64,000 nucleotides of DNA from Eledone cirrhosa (taxonomy: Eukaryota), in NCBI GenBank assembly GCA_964016885.1, contig OZ024740.1, positions 155,248,001 through 155,312,000 of the forward strand, read 5' to 3'. The notes beneath the pieces are model-generated. The model had not been told where the DNA came from, did not search any database, and was given only the letters and a program-made list of their open reading frames with translations. This document shows, piece by piece, positions 37,858 through 51,395 of this stretch; within the stretch, counting starts at the first letter, position 1; every line of letters begins with the position of its first letter. Both the position numbers and the translations under genes were made by a program.

Positions 37858-38547
37858 CGTGAACGGCAAAGCATAAACGAACTAAGGAAAAAATTAGAGA
37901 TAAGAGGGATCAGATGTTGTTTACTCGAGAGAAGGCTACGTTGGTATGGACACGTGATGCGCATGAAAGTCGATAGCTGTATAACAAAGTGCAGGGCAAT
38001 AAAGATAGACGGTAGTCACGGAATAGGCAGACCTAGAAAAACCTGGGACGAGCTGATAAACTCCGACATCACACACTTACACCTCTCCAAGACAATGTCA
38101 CTGGACCAAGAGCTTTGGCGCTACACAGTTATACAGAAGACCCGCCTTGCCTAAATATATAGTAAAACCTACTCCAGCCAGTAGGCATCTCTAACAAACT
38201 ACACCCCGTCCCGCCACCACCCCCACCCCATCCACACCACCCCGTTCTATGTAAAGTTATGTTGGTGCCGCGCCATCCAGGCCGAAACAAATGAGATCGT
38301 GTAGGTGTCACGACAAAAAAACACACAGTCCACGCTGTAATGTGGCCGTGTAGGCAACACGGTAAAAACCTCCCAGACCCACACTGTAAATGTGGTTGGT
38401 GTTAGGAAGGGCATCCAACTGTAGAAAACCTGCCAGACAGTCCTATGCGAGCAAGACAATCACTCTTGCCTCAAGTGGGACTACCCCCGTCCAAACCCAT
38501 GCAAGCGTGGAACACGGACGTTAAACGTTGATGATGATGATGATGAT
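37457..38547. mobile_element. Divergent pair: RTE-A 3' end (minus, 37457-37832) and RTE-B 3' end (plus, 37855-38547) around (TA)n
   Basis: High identity to 1584-1960 and 12345-13050. Confidence 0.95.
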
Positions 38548-38573
38548 ATATATATATATATACATATATATAT

Positions 38574-38631
<58 letters not shown>

Positions 38632-38632
38632 G

Positions 38633-38666
<34 letters not shown>

Positions 38667-39993
38667 TATATTCCTAAGGAATACAAATCATTGAGTGCTT
38701 TACATCTGTTTAAGTAAAAGTGAAAGAGTCAGTGGATTATATGATCAACCAACTTTCATCAACTGAATAATATATTTATGTATAGTATGTATAGGGAGTG
38801 TAACATGCAGTTGCTGTAGGTTCACCCAAGTGAGCACTCCATGCATAGATTCACGTCTATAATGAGCTATAGAGCTAAATAGAGTGTAAATATAATAATA
38901 AAAGGACGATTTGTTATGTCTTCATTACGTTTATTGAGTGGTGATGTGCATTTTGCTATTGATCAGCTCAAGGTTCTATCTGTATCGATCTGGCCTGACT
39001 CTGAAATCAAAAGTTCGTCAGACCTCTGCTGTGATATTGACAGCGTGAACATATAAAGTATAGGGTGTGTATCATGACCAGGTGGATCATAACCCACCAG
39101 GGTACTTAATAGACACACTTTAGACTGCATTCAAAACATAGCCAGTAAAGAGATTGGCAAAGAGTTGCTCATTAGGAACACACTACAGTACTACCGATAT
39201 TCTGTGTCCTCTCCCTGACTATTTTATCTCCACTACTATGACTTCTGTCCCTCTGTCCCTTGAACTAGCTACTTTACATACTAACCACCCATTGGTCAAT
39301 CTCTCTTCCCCTGTGGGTTAACTTTCTGGATGTTCTTCTCTCCCATCAGATCAGTTGTCAGGTTTTAGTAATAGGGTACTTCAAAGTTTTATGGTGTGTG
39401 TGTGTGAGAGAGAGAGAGAGCGAGAGAGAGAGAGAGAGACTTTGACAGGGATTTAAACACACAACATAGTAATAACTCAAATAAAACAAGAGCCCATTTT
39501 AGCAAGGCATAGTGGGGGGGGGGGGGGGTCCCCCCTGCAGCTTCACATCAATTTTTGCATGTTTGCATCAAACATAGCAGATAAAAGTAAATGGTAAATA
39601 TATTTCAAAAAGAGGAAATATTTCATTGTGGGAGAGGTAGCCATTTAAAAAACATATATATAAACTGTTATAATCATTTTCTGTTTATTTCATAGTGTGA
39701 ACATTTTTGTAGCACCTCCGGCACCAACACAATTCCACTGCATGGTGCAAATGGCCAAATTACAGTGATGCCATAAAAATATTGAGACTCCATCAAATGA
39801 ATGAAAAGTAAATATATAGATAAGTTTCAGAAAGCTGATACATTTGAAAAAAGGGTTCTAGCCCTGAAATATCATGTTGAAATATATTAGATAAAACATT
39901 ACTTTGTATATTTCTACTGCATTGTACCAGCTTTCTGAATCTTACCAGTCGTTTATTACATATCTCACAATGCTTTGTATTAACTATACTACT

Positions 39994-40519
39994 TTAACCC
40001 TTGTTCAAACCGGCCTGAATTCTCTACCGCTTTCTGTTGAAACTGGCTGTAACTGGTCGCTCAAACTGATGTTAAGGTATTGTTCTCAAAATAAATACTT
40101 TCAAAATCTCATAGATTCAATATTATGTGGGATAATTATGCGAGGTAAAGCCTTTACCATGAAAATATAATAGTATACATAGAGTAATGTGAATGCTAAA
40201 GGGTTAACTCTTTAGCATATAAACCAGCTGTATCTGGCAAGAAACCCCCCCCCCCTTTTGTTCAAACTGGCCATAACTGGTAGCTCATATTGATATTAAG
40301 GTATTGTTCTCAAAAGAAATAACATCAAAATCTCTTAGATTCGATATTATGTGAGATAATTATGTTTACCACAAAAATACAATAGTAAATATGGAGTAAT
40401 GTAAATGCTAAAGGGTTAAATAAACAGATATTATGTGAGATAATTATGTAAGGTAAAGAAAGCTTTTACCACAACGATACAATAGTATAGATGGAGTAAT
40501 GTAAATGCTAAAGGGTTAA
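39994..40519. mobile_element. Tandem piggyBac-like MITEs sharing a TTAA, plus a ~95-bp duplication of the right end
   Basis: GCTAAAGGGTTAA ends at 40208, 40419 and 40519. Homologous to 24121-24349. Confidence 0.78.
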
Positions 40520-40646
40520 ATAAACAGATTGTTGTGTTGTTTTTAAATGGCTAGAATGTTTCTTTTTTTATGTAAAGGTTTTAATTTCAAAATGTCGTTT
40601 CAGATGAAGTCATTTGACAAATATCTACATTAAAAAAATTGCTTAC

Positions 40647-40762
40647 CCAAAAGCTATGGTAAGATAAGGCAGCAGGCTTAGTTTTACTACAGACATCGTT
40701 GCCCATATCCATAATGCCACAGAGAGAGCAGGGTATGCAGTAAATAGCAGCTTTTCAATGGT
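40647..40762 (-). CDS. Exon B of the NEF1-like membrane protein gene (116 nt, phase 0 to 2)
   Basis: Acceptor TCTTTTTATTGCAG, donor TGG|GTAAGC. TIEKLLFTAYPALSVALWIWATMSVVKLSLLPYLTIAF(G). Not present in the ORF track. Confidence 0.9.
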
Positions 40763-43258
40763 CTGCAATAAAAAGACAATGGGTTCAATAAAACAAAAAA
40801 AAGAACATCATGACAACTGTTGTCATCAACAGCAACAAGCGATGACAACTGCTGCTACTACTACTACTACTACTACTACTAATGATAATAATAATTGTTT
40901 CTACTTTTAGCACAAGGCCAGCAAATACCCAGTGCATTACTGGTACTTTATTTTATCGACCCCGTAAGGATGAAAGGCAAAGGCCATAACTCATTGCATC
41001 AAAACATGACGTCAGACCTTCTACCGATACTGCCAATCCATAATAATAATAATGATTTCTGATTTTTTGGCACAAGGCCAGCAATGGGGGGGGGGGGGGG
41101 GGGAATTCGATTAAATCGACCCCAGCGCATTACTGGTGCTTTATTTATCGACCCCGTAAGGATTAAAAGCAAAGCTAACCTCGGCGTGATTTGAACTCAG
41201 AATGCAATGTGCCGTAACTCTATGTCGTATACTGCTACTGCTACTATTACTACTACTACCACCACCACTACTACTATGCTGCTGCCACCATCACTGCCAG
41301 AATTCTCTACTGCCTCACCAATCACATTTCTCCTGCAGACACCAATTAATAAATGTTCAATGTGAACAGCTCCCCTCCTATATATCAATATCACCAATTT
41401 CAGAGAGCCTACAATGGTCATGAGCACTGACCCTTCCTCCTAATCATCAACAGATGTATCTACATTCAATTATTTAAAAGTTTCAACCACTGAACTTAAA
41501 AAATTTTAGTCAAATTAAACTGACCACAAAAATAACTTTGGTACTTTTTCTTTTTTTATCAATCTTTATTTATCAAATGGCTAGTTCTATTGTCTCAATG
41601 TCTGAATACAACAAGGTATTTTTGTTCAACATGCTTATTTTACACCAATATATACTACACATACACACATACATAATGGACAGGTGAACCCAAATGTAGA
41701 TATTACAGATCTTATCACCAACATCATTTTACATCCATTTTTCCATGAGTGTAATGGTTGGGCAGATCCTCTTCAGTACATCACATTTAGTGGTCTTTTG
41801 TCATGTTGGAAACCCACACAGTTTTCACCTACCACCAAATTTCACTATGGTAGAAGACACTTGCCCTTTCTATTGCTCAGTAAGATCAGTCTTAAAACAA
41901 TGTAGTTGCAAAGTAAACTTCTTAACTACATGGCTATGTCTAGATATATAACTGTTTCTACTTTAGGCACAAGGCCAGCAATTACCCAGTGCATTACTGG
42001 TACTTTATTTTATCGACCCCGTAAGGATGAAAGGCAAAGTCAACAACACTCAATCTTATGTATATATCAAGTTATCTTTCAATCTTGTCTATCTAGTAAT
42101 CTTTCCACCAATCCTTAAAACCTGTGTTTCATTTGTGTAGATAATACTGATAGCTGTCAGCAGAGAAATTGTAAAGTGTGCTGAATGTGGTAAAAACAGC
42201 ACTGGGATAATCCCGAGAATATGTCTTCAAAGACTGGCAGAATGGATTAAACTTTGAGTTCAGGTGTGCTATAAATAGTGGTAAGGGATTTATAAATGGA
42301 TGCTTGGAATTTTTTGCAAGCTAGAAGCCAGTGTTGGTATTTGCATATAGTCCAAAAAGCATCATTTAATCTGCTTGAAAGGAATAATGACAAATCCAGT
42401 CAGTAGAAAGGGAAAGAGAAGATATAGACTGACAGGGAGAGAGGGGAGGGGAAAGGATGTAGGAAAACCAGATGGAAAGTGAAAGAAAGAGAGAAAGACA
42501 AATACTGTGATATCAATTAGTGTATCATTACATCTTAATGTTAAAGCAGCACTGGAGAATATCTTATTCTCATTTACACATAACAATGGTCATTCATGGA
42601 AGCATGAAAAAGTGGGAGAAAGAAATAGGAGATAAGATAATGAAAAAGACAATACATGAAAGAAGTAACATGGTTGTTTATTATGGCTGTCAATGGAATT
42701 CAATGCTGACCAAGTTCTTCAATTGTGGATCCTTTGATGAATATACACCTAACCCTTGATATACAGCTCCAGTTACAGACAAGCATATATAAACATTTGA
42801 TTCCAAGTTTTTGTTTAACCCTTTAACATTTACATTATTCTGTCAAATGTCATGTTTATCTATTCACATTATTTTGAGTTAATTATACTCAAGAGGGTTA
42901 TCAACTATATTTGTTTATAATTTTGTTAATTTTCTATGTGCAAACTTGAAGTTTTGTCAGTAGATGTTTAAAGACAGCCAAGTATTAATCAAAATATTTA
43001 CTAAATAATTTGCTCAACACAAATCTAACTTTGATTACTAAAGACAACTGTGTCAGATTTTTAAAGGAATATGTTGAAAAAATTAAGAAATGTGAATAAT
43101 GAATAAAAGATTAGGCTGTTGTGTTGTATATAGTATAATTTATAGTTTTACATCTAATGTACTAAATATATGTGTATTTATAGTAATATAAGGTGCAACA
43201 ACTTTATTATTACAAAACCATTTGTAAAACTTTTTAATGTTTACATTTGTTTACAATT

Positions 43259-43706
43259 CTGGTCTTAACCGCGGAGGCGACAGTTGCCCCGATGGCATTA
43301 CTCTCTTCCCATTTGAAGAAAATAGATCCCTCATCTGGGACGCCACATGTTGCGACACATTCTCCACCTCCAACCTAGTCGCTTTGGTCTTCCTTTCCTC
43401 TGTATTGCAGGCTGCCTCTTTGTACCAGTCTCCATCGAGACCTCAGGCATACTTGAACCCTGGACTGATGAGCTCCTCTACAAGATCGGAACGTCAGCAG
43501 CCCATCTGAAGAAGAAGCCCCGTGAGGTGGGGTGGCCGTTGCTGGCCATTGTCCATGGGGCACAGCCCCAGCATCACCGCACCCTAGGCCTAGAGCCCAT
43601 CACCTTCTCTCTCTACCCCTCCCATTCTTCTGTGATCCTAGAGCCCTTAACCTTCCCTTCATTTTCCATTTTTAAATATCTGGAGTGTTGTTATTTGAAA
43701 TAGATC
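43259..43706 (+). mobile_element. CRE-like RLE non-LTR 3' remnant with TSD TGTTTACAATT (relatives at 51790-51955 and 62280-62610 minus)
   Basis: PDGITLFPF..LIWDATCCDTF and FVPVSIETSG are PD-(D/E)xK RLE motifs. 11-bp direct repeat at 43248 and 43707. Confidence 0.75.
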
Positions 43707-43906
43707 TGTTTACAATTTTTTGATTTTTATTAATAAAATATATTTAGCTAAAAATTTCTGAAACAATTGATCACTGATGTCAATGATTGTTTATAAAAAA
43801 AATATTAAAAAATCACTCCATCCTACAGTGATAAGATTTAATTTGATAATGACGAAATTGAGACTGACAATGATGAGATTGTTAATGATAAATTTGATGG
43901 GGAAAC

Positions 43907-43974
<68 letters not shown>

Positions 43975-43978
<4 letters not shown>

Positions 43979-44310
43979 AATAAAAATCAGAGAACTGTCG
44001 TCCTCTCTGATTTTTCGGACCCATGGTTTTTACATATTCCTTTGTTATATTTCGAATACCTGATGATATCACCGGATTCATATGGAACCCGGTCATTGAA
44101 ACGATCATAGTATAATAAACCTTTCAAGGATTTACACCAGTCCACCCTCCTGTTATTTTTATTTATAATTAACTCCGTACTCGCACCACCAACTACACAA
44201 ATGAAGACGGGTGAACTGCACTACGTTGAGTACTCTCCACAATATTACACCAAGATTGACCATACGGAATGACCAATTCTATCCAGTGGTGAACCAACAA
44301 ACCTAAAGGT
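43975..44310 (+). mobile_element. PLE pLTR (solo) with hammerhead, in (TA)n
   Basis: Contains the ribozyme at 44056-44113. The 3' part matches 2786-3047 and 9478-9995. Confidence 0.75.
44056..44113 (+). ncRNA. Type I hammerhead ribozyme, canonical core
   Basis: ATAC-CTGATGA-stem II (ACCGG..CCGGT)-GAAA-CGATCA-TA-GTAT. Stem III is one change from palindromic CGATCG. Confidence 0.7.
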
Positions 44311-46288
44311 ATATATATATATAAATATAGTGTGTCAACTGGAGCAATGTGAAATAAAGTGTCTTGCTCAAGGAAACAACACATCACCCAGTCTGAGAAT
44401 TGAACTCACAACCTTGCAATCGAAAGGTTGTGAGTTTATTTCACATTGCTCCAGTTGACTCAGCTGTAGAAATGAGATGATAGGACTGGAGTCCATATCA
44501 TTCCACTGTAAAGTGGTCGTGGAGGTGCCACGGCAAAAAAAGCACCCAGCACTCACTGTAAATGAGGTTGGTGTTAGGAAGGGCATCCAGCTGTAGAAAT
44601 CAAGCCAGAATCAGTTCCCGTCCCACCCTTGCAAGCAGGGAAAAGGCGGACGTAAAATGAAATGATGATGATGATATAAAGGTGTATATGTGAGTGGAGA
44701 AGGAAAACAGGAATGAGGCAAAGAAAAAAAGTATTAAAAAAAACAATAGGAAGAAATCAAGATAAAAAGAAAGGCAAGTGGAAAGATCAAAGAAATAGAC
44801 TTGAAGAGGGAAAAGAAGATAGAATTAAAATCAAACAAGAAAAATAAATGTGATCTGTTTAATTAAGAGATCTAATCAACATTGTAAATATGATATAATC
44901 CTTATTTTTAACTAAAGAAATCTTTGTGACAGTGATCAAGGCAATGGCTAGACACAGACTTTTCTTTTTTCTTGTCACACAAATAATCATATATGATCAA
45001 CATGACAGAGCAATACCCACAGAATATTTTCAGGGCTCCCAAAACTAGATGGGACGCCTTTAGGATTTTCTTCTAGCTCTTGGAGTTCTGAGTTCAAAAC
45101 TCGCTGTAGTCTACTTGCATGTCAGACTTACAGGTCTACCAAATATAAACCAACTCTTTGAGTACATGGAAACTAGGAAAAGATTCAACAACAGAAACTT
45201 TTAGCTGTTTTACAGCTTCCCTTGTTTCCTCTTTTCATTTTCGTTTTCTTTTGCATAATCAGCCTCCCATTGGCCTTCAATATTTGAATAAATTTTCCCC
45301 CATTTTCTTTTTTTTTCTTTTAGTTTTTAGTTTATTTTTAGGTTTTGTTTTATTACTTGTCTCACTAGCTCTTTTTGATTACCAACTGTCATGGTTTAGT
45401 AGCTCCATATGGACATTTAAATTGAATAAATAAATAATCTGCAGCCCAGTTTAACACCACTACCTCACCCTCCAGTCCCTTTAGTGGAGTCGACTGTGTT
45501 AAAAATATCTGGGCCAGGCTTCTTGTTTGATGATACCTTTCTCCTTCCAATTCAACAATCTTGGCTGCTATTTCTAGCAAAACATGTCAGTGTGTAGCAG
45601 CTTCCTCCCACATAGGTTTGGCCACTTTATATTATTTCTACACAAAGTAGTGTTGGCTTCACCTAATCCTTATATTTTAGCCAATAATTTTCATACATGT
45701 TAACATATACAAAAATTATTCATTTGTATTCCATCTAATACATAGTAAGATAATTGTTTCTACTTTTGGCACATGGCCAGTAATTACCCAGTGCATTACT
45801 GGTACTTTATTTTATGGACCCCGTAAGGATGAAAGGCAATGTTAACCTCGGCGGGATTTGAACTCAGAATGGTAAGGGCCGTAACTCCATGCGTCAAAGC
45901 ATGGTGTCCGACCCTCTACCGATACTGCCAATCCACCGCCCTAGTAAGATAATAGCTATAAACATTCTTGTGATTGTTCTTTAGCTCTGAGGCTATGACT
46001 GATTAAGCAGAACTATAATCAAAGGCATACCAACTATGCACCTCCCACCTATTTTTCTCCCAAACATAGTGAATCTAAAATTACATTGTGATTCTAATGT
46101 GCCCTTCCTTTTTCTTTCAAGATAGTAGCGTTTCATTTGAGATTTGGCTGCTATTTCCAACTGGTTGAGCAACCATGTAAAAGCACACTTTTGTAGTTAT
46201 ACTATTGACAGATATCAACCTACATTTCAAGCAACGCACACACACAAACTCAGGTACAAGCACACAGGCATACACTCATATACTGTGT

Positions 46289-46332
<44 letters not shown>

Positions 46333-46933
46333 CGTGCATTAGGCAATAGAAATGGGAGAAATAGAATTCAATATTAAAAGAAGAGTATATATATTATTTA
46401 ATAACTGTAAAGTTATATATATAAGTGACTGAAGAGTCCTAGGGTTTCATGCCAAAGCACTTGTCAAACTTGACAAGGGCTTGACAGGAAACTCTAGGGC
46501 ATTGAGTCATATATATATAATATATATATATGTATGGAGGCACATGACTTAGTGGTTAGAGCATTGGCCTTGCAATCGAAAGGTGTGAGTTCAATTGTCA
46601 GACCGGGTGATGTGTTGTTTCCTTGAGCAAGACATTTTATTTCACATTGCTCCAGTTCACTCAGCTGTAGAAATGAGATGATAGGGACTGGGGTCTCTAT
46701 CATTCCACTGCAAAGTGGTCGTGGAGGTGCCACGACAAAAAAGCACCCAGCCCACACTGTAAAGTGGTCGTGGAATTGCCGCGGGAAAAAAAGCACCCAG
46801 CACTCACTGTAAATGAGGTTGGTGTTAGGAAGGGCATCCAGCTGTAGAAATCAAGCCAGAATCAGTTCCCGTCCCACCCTTGGAAGCAGGGAAAAGCGGA
46901 CGTAAAATGAAATGATGATGTATATATATACAC

Positions 46934-46966
<33 letters not shown>

Positions 46967-47031
46967 TTCTTTATTAGCCATACAGGCAATATTAGAATAT
47001 AATAATATAGTATATATATATATATGTGTGG

Positions 47032-47064
<33 letters not shown>

Positions 47065-48192
47065 GCAAACCCATTATTTGTCTCCTTATTTTTAAAACAT
47101 CACAGATTAAAAAGAAAAAAAAAAATTCCATGTAAACTCAATCGTGTACATCCATTTGGAATTCCTGAAAGATATGGTGTTGACATTTCCAATACTGCAG
47201 TGAACTTTTGAAATAATACCATCCTAGGTTTGCATTTGATGAAGACTCCACCAGGATTAAATAGAGCTCTGTGAAGACTCATCAAGATTAGTTATTGATT
47301 ATTCAAACCACATATGATGTTACTCCATTAAAATGATACAAATGACATTTTCTATCTTTGTTCTTGTTCTTTGCTTATTTTTTAGGCGGATGGGGCATGG
47401 TCAGCCATATTGTCATCTATGTTATTTTTTTTGTTGCTTTTGTTTTTAATATAATTAGGATTATGTTTCCAATGAAATTCTTGCTTTTGGTTATTAATAC
47501 CATGAAGTCAACTTTGTCTTTCATCCTTCTGAGGTTAATAAAAAAAAAGTACCAATCAAGTACTGGGGTCTATTTAACTGATTTACCCCTCCCCTAAGAT
47601 AGCTGGCCTTGTGCCTATGTTAAAATTAATATTGTGGTAAGACCATAAGGTCAATTTTGTCTTTCATCCTTCCGAGGTTAATAAAAAAGTACCAATCAAG
47701 TAATCACGTACTGGGGTCTATTTAACTGACTTACCACTCCCCCATGATAGCTGACCTTGTGCCTATGTTAAAACCAATATCATGGTAACACAATGAGTGG
47801 CAGAATCTTTAGAGCATCAGACAAAAGGCCTGGTGATATTTGAGCCAACTCTTTATATTTTTATTCCAAATTTTGCTGAGATCAATTTTGCCTTTCATCA
47901 TTCTAGAGTTGGTAACGGAGTTAATTTAATTGACTTTCATATCTCCACAAATTACTGACCTTGTACATAAATAAGAAACCATTATTAATATTAAGATATG
48001 GTGATGAATTGGTAGAACTGTTAATGTATTGGACAAAATGCCTTACAGTATTTGTTCCAGCTCTTTATGTAGTGAGTTCAAATCTTGCCGAGGTTAGCTT
48101 TGCTTTTCATCTTTACAGAGTTGATAGAACATAGTACCAGTAACGCACTGGAGTAAATTTAATGAGAGGTAGATAGGGAGAAAGAGGCTTAC

Positions 48193-48310
48193 CAAACAGA
48201 GTTCAAATTCTTCACATCGGAATGCAGAGAACTGTAATATAATCCAGCCACCAGTCAATAATATGAAGAAATTGGTAATGAAGATGAGAGCAACATTTAA
48301 CCAAGACAAC
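48193..48310 (-). CDS. Exon A (first identified) of the NEF1-like membrane protein gene (118 nt, phase 2 to 0)
   Basis: Acceptor CTTTGCTTTTGCAG, donor TTG|GTAAGC. LSWLNVALIFITNFFILLTGGWIILQFSAFRCEEFELCL. The GxWxxLQF...E..LF pattern is recalled from NEF1. Confidence 0.9.
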
Positions 48311-49397
48311 CTGCAAAAGCAAAGAGTAATCATCAAAAATATTGCATAAACTACAGTGTAATTAGAGGGAGTTTATTAGTAAAGCAAATGTCTTTAAAAA
48401 ATGCTTCACTGCGTATATGACAGTGTGCTTTTGAACATATAAATATTCACAGATATTAACACTATATGCTGTCACTATATGTACTGTTAGATTTCAATTA
48501 TTTAGACAAGAGGGCAGGGAATATTTTGTTTAGATAGATTTCTTTATTTACCACAAGAAGTGGGACAACTGATCTGATGATAAATAAAGTCATACTTAAT
48601 ATAATTACATTAGAAAAAAAAAACATGTACAATGTTTTATGAATTTTCTCATGTACTCTTGTGCAATCTTTAATGCCTAGACAAATGCCATGAACCAGTG
48701 ACTGACCCAATGGCAACCTATAACCAAAGATATAACTGTCCACAAAATAACATTATATTAATTCTTTTGATACCAAACTCCATGAAACCACCCTGTATTT
48801 ATGATATAAAACTGCTCATTTTAAAATGTTTATCCTTATATAAAAATATTCCATTATAATTTTATTTTAGAAATTTTTGTAAGTAACGTTCTAAATATCA
48901 GTTTACTAATTAAAAACTTAGTTATTTTATTAAATTCCTCCAAATATTTTATTATTTTTCAAAATTAATTGAAACACATACACAGTGGATTTCATTAGGG
49001 ATATTGTAATGAAAAGGGTGAGTTAAAATAAATACTAGGAGCAGCTAGAGCAGAGGTTCGCAAACTATTTGACTCCCTCCAAATGGCCATGTAATACCCT
49101 CAGCACTCCCCAACCCTATTTCCAGAGAGACCTGCCTACACACAAATTGTAAATAATATATAATAAATAAAATCGTTAATTTAGATAATAAATAATATAA
49201 TATATACTAGTATATGATCTCTACCCTTAGTCCCCAGCTCCCCCTTAGACCTTCTCAACCTCCCGCCCCCCTCGAGAGGGGAGGGGGGCAGCCACTTTGA
49301 GAACCACATGTATTTCACACAAAAGAGAAGTACCATGAAAAAAAAAAGTAAAAAAAATCATATAGAATAAACCTTTATAATAATAATAATAACAAAA

Positions 49398-51395
49398 TTA
49401 TTGTGTACAGTGCTCAGGTGCACTACAACTCATCAAAGGTGCATGTATGGTACATAGAATAATATAAAAATGTCGGAAGTGAATAGTGTATGAGTCATGA
49501 TATACATGTGTGCATGTGTATGGAGGGGGAATATTAAGTGTAGTGTTGGCGAATTTCGGGAAGCATGGTAGTTTTAAAGGATGCAGTGTCCCGACAGCTA
49601 ACAACTGATGCAGGTAGTTTGTTCCATGCTTCAGCAACTCTGAGTGTGAAAAAATGTTTCTGAAAGTCATGGGAGCTGTGCTGTTTTCTGACTTTGTTGG
49701 CATGCCCACGTGTGTTAGACACATGGAAATCAAAAAGGTACTCAGGGTTGTTGTTGGCAAGATGGTTAATAATTATGTGGGTGTTTACCAAGTCAGTTGC
49801 CAGATGTCGGAGCTTCAATGTATCCATGGCCAGGGAAGCAAGGCGTTCAGAGTATGGTAGATGCCTGATGGAGGGTATTCGCTTGGTTGCACATCTCTGA
49901 ACAGTTTCCAGGCAGTCAATGTTCTGAGCAAGATAGGGGTTCCAGACCAGTGATGCAAATTCTAAGTGTGGTCGCACCATAGCTATATATAGCTTTAAAT
50001 AGATAGCTGGAGAATGTCTGACAAAGGTCTTGCTGAGTGTTGCTAAGACACCCTCGGCCTTCTTGACAATTTTAGAGACGTGCTTCATCCAACGCAAATC
50101 GCTGCTGACAGTAATGCCCAGGTCACATTCACAAGAAGATTTCTTGATATTAGTGTTGTGTAGGGAGTATGTGGATGCTGGGTTTTTACTCCCAAAATGC
50201 ATGGTGGTACACTTGTCCACAGCCAACTTGAGTTGCCAGTCCGTGATCCATTGTTGCATTGTGTCCAGGTCAGATTGCAGGCAAGATCTATAGTGTTCAA
50301 GATCTGTCCTTTTTATCTCAAGGTACAGCTTGATGTCATCTGCATATTTCAGTACTGTGGCATTCTTTAAGTTGGCATCTATGTCATTAATATATGCCAC
50401 AAACAAAAGGGAACCCAGAACAGATCCCTGTGGTACACCAGATGACATCTCATATGGTGAGGAATGCTGTCCTAGAACCGTGACTACCTCTCTTCGACTG
50501 AAAAAGATCATCCTTCACACCCATTGCATAGAGTTTTGCCATAAGTCTTTTGTGTGGCACAGAATTGAAAGCTTTAGCAAAGTCAAGGTAAACAACATCA
50601 TGCATGAGCCACCATCAGTGATTAGGGTGATGTCTTCAAGAAACTCGATAAGTTGATCACAGCAGCTGGAGTTAGGGATAAATCCAAATTGCGAGGGCCG
50701 GATAAGACTGTGAGGGTTCCAGAAGTTCCAAAGTGATTCTCTGACACAGGATTCCATCAGTTTGGCAATGCAGCTAGTAAGACTGACTGGACGATAGTTC
50801 ACAGGTGATGTGCGGTCACCCTTTTTGAACAGAGGAATGACACTGGCAGTTTTCCACTGTTCTGGAGTAACACCATTGTTTAGACAGAATTGAAAGAAGA
50901 GTGAAAGCTGGTGCAGAAGGAAGTACCCACCATGTTTGAAAAGCAGGTACGTAACAACATCAAGACCAGGAGAGGCATGGTTGCGTTTATTTTTAAGGTG
51001 ATGTCGCATCATTGCAGGTGTAAATTCCATAGTTGTAATAGAATCTGATGTCAGAGGTGGTGATGGTACACTCTGGTCTTCAACAGTGAAAATGCCTGCA
51101 TAGCATTCAGCAATGAGTTCTGCACATTCCTTGGCATTGTCAGTAACCTGGCTTGTGTGGGGATTGCGAAAAGGACCAGCTGGAGAGTGAGGCTTCTGCT
51201 TTGAGTTAACATACTTCCAGAAGACCTTACTGTCAGGGTTGATTGCTATCTGCTGCTCAAATTCAAGTACTGCCTTTTTTGTCACCTGCTTGAGATGGTT
51301 GGATGATTTATTTCGTTTTATCGTATTGCTATCTGATTTATGCAGTTTGTACTCACGTTCAGCATTATGACGTTCTTTCCTGGTAAGACGGACTG
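49398..51395 (-). mobile_element. CR1-clade LINE, 5'-truncated, frameshifted RT
   Basis: NYRPVSLTS, QFGF, GVPQGSVLG, YADD, RPHLEFAS.VWNPY and TRGH. (TTA)n tail. Confidence 0.95.
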
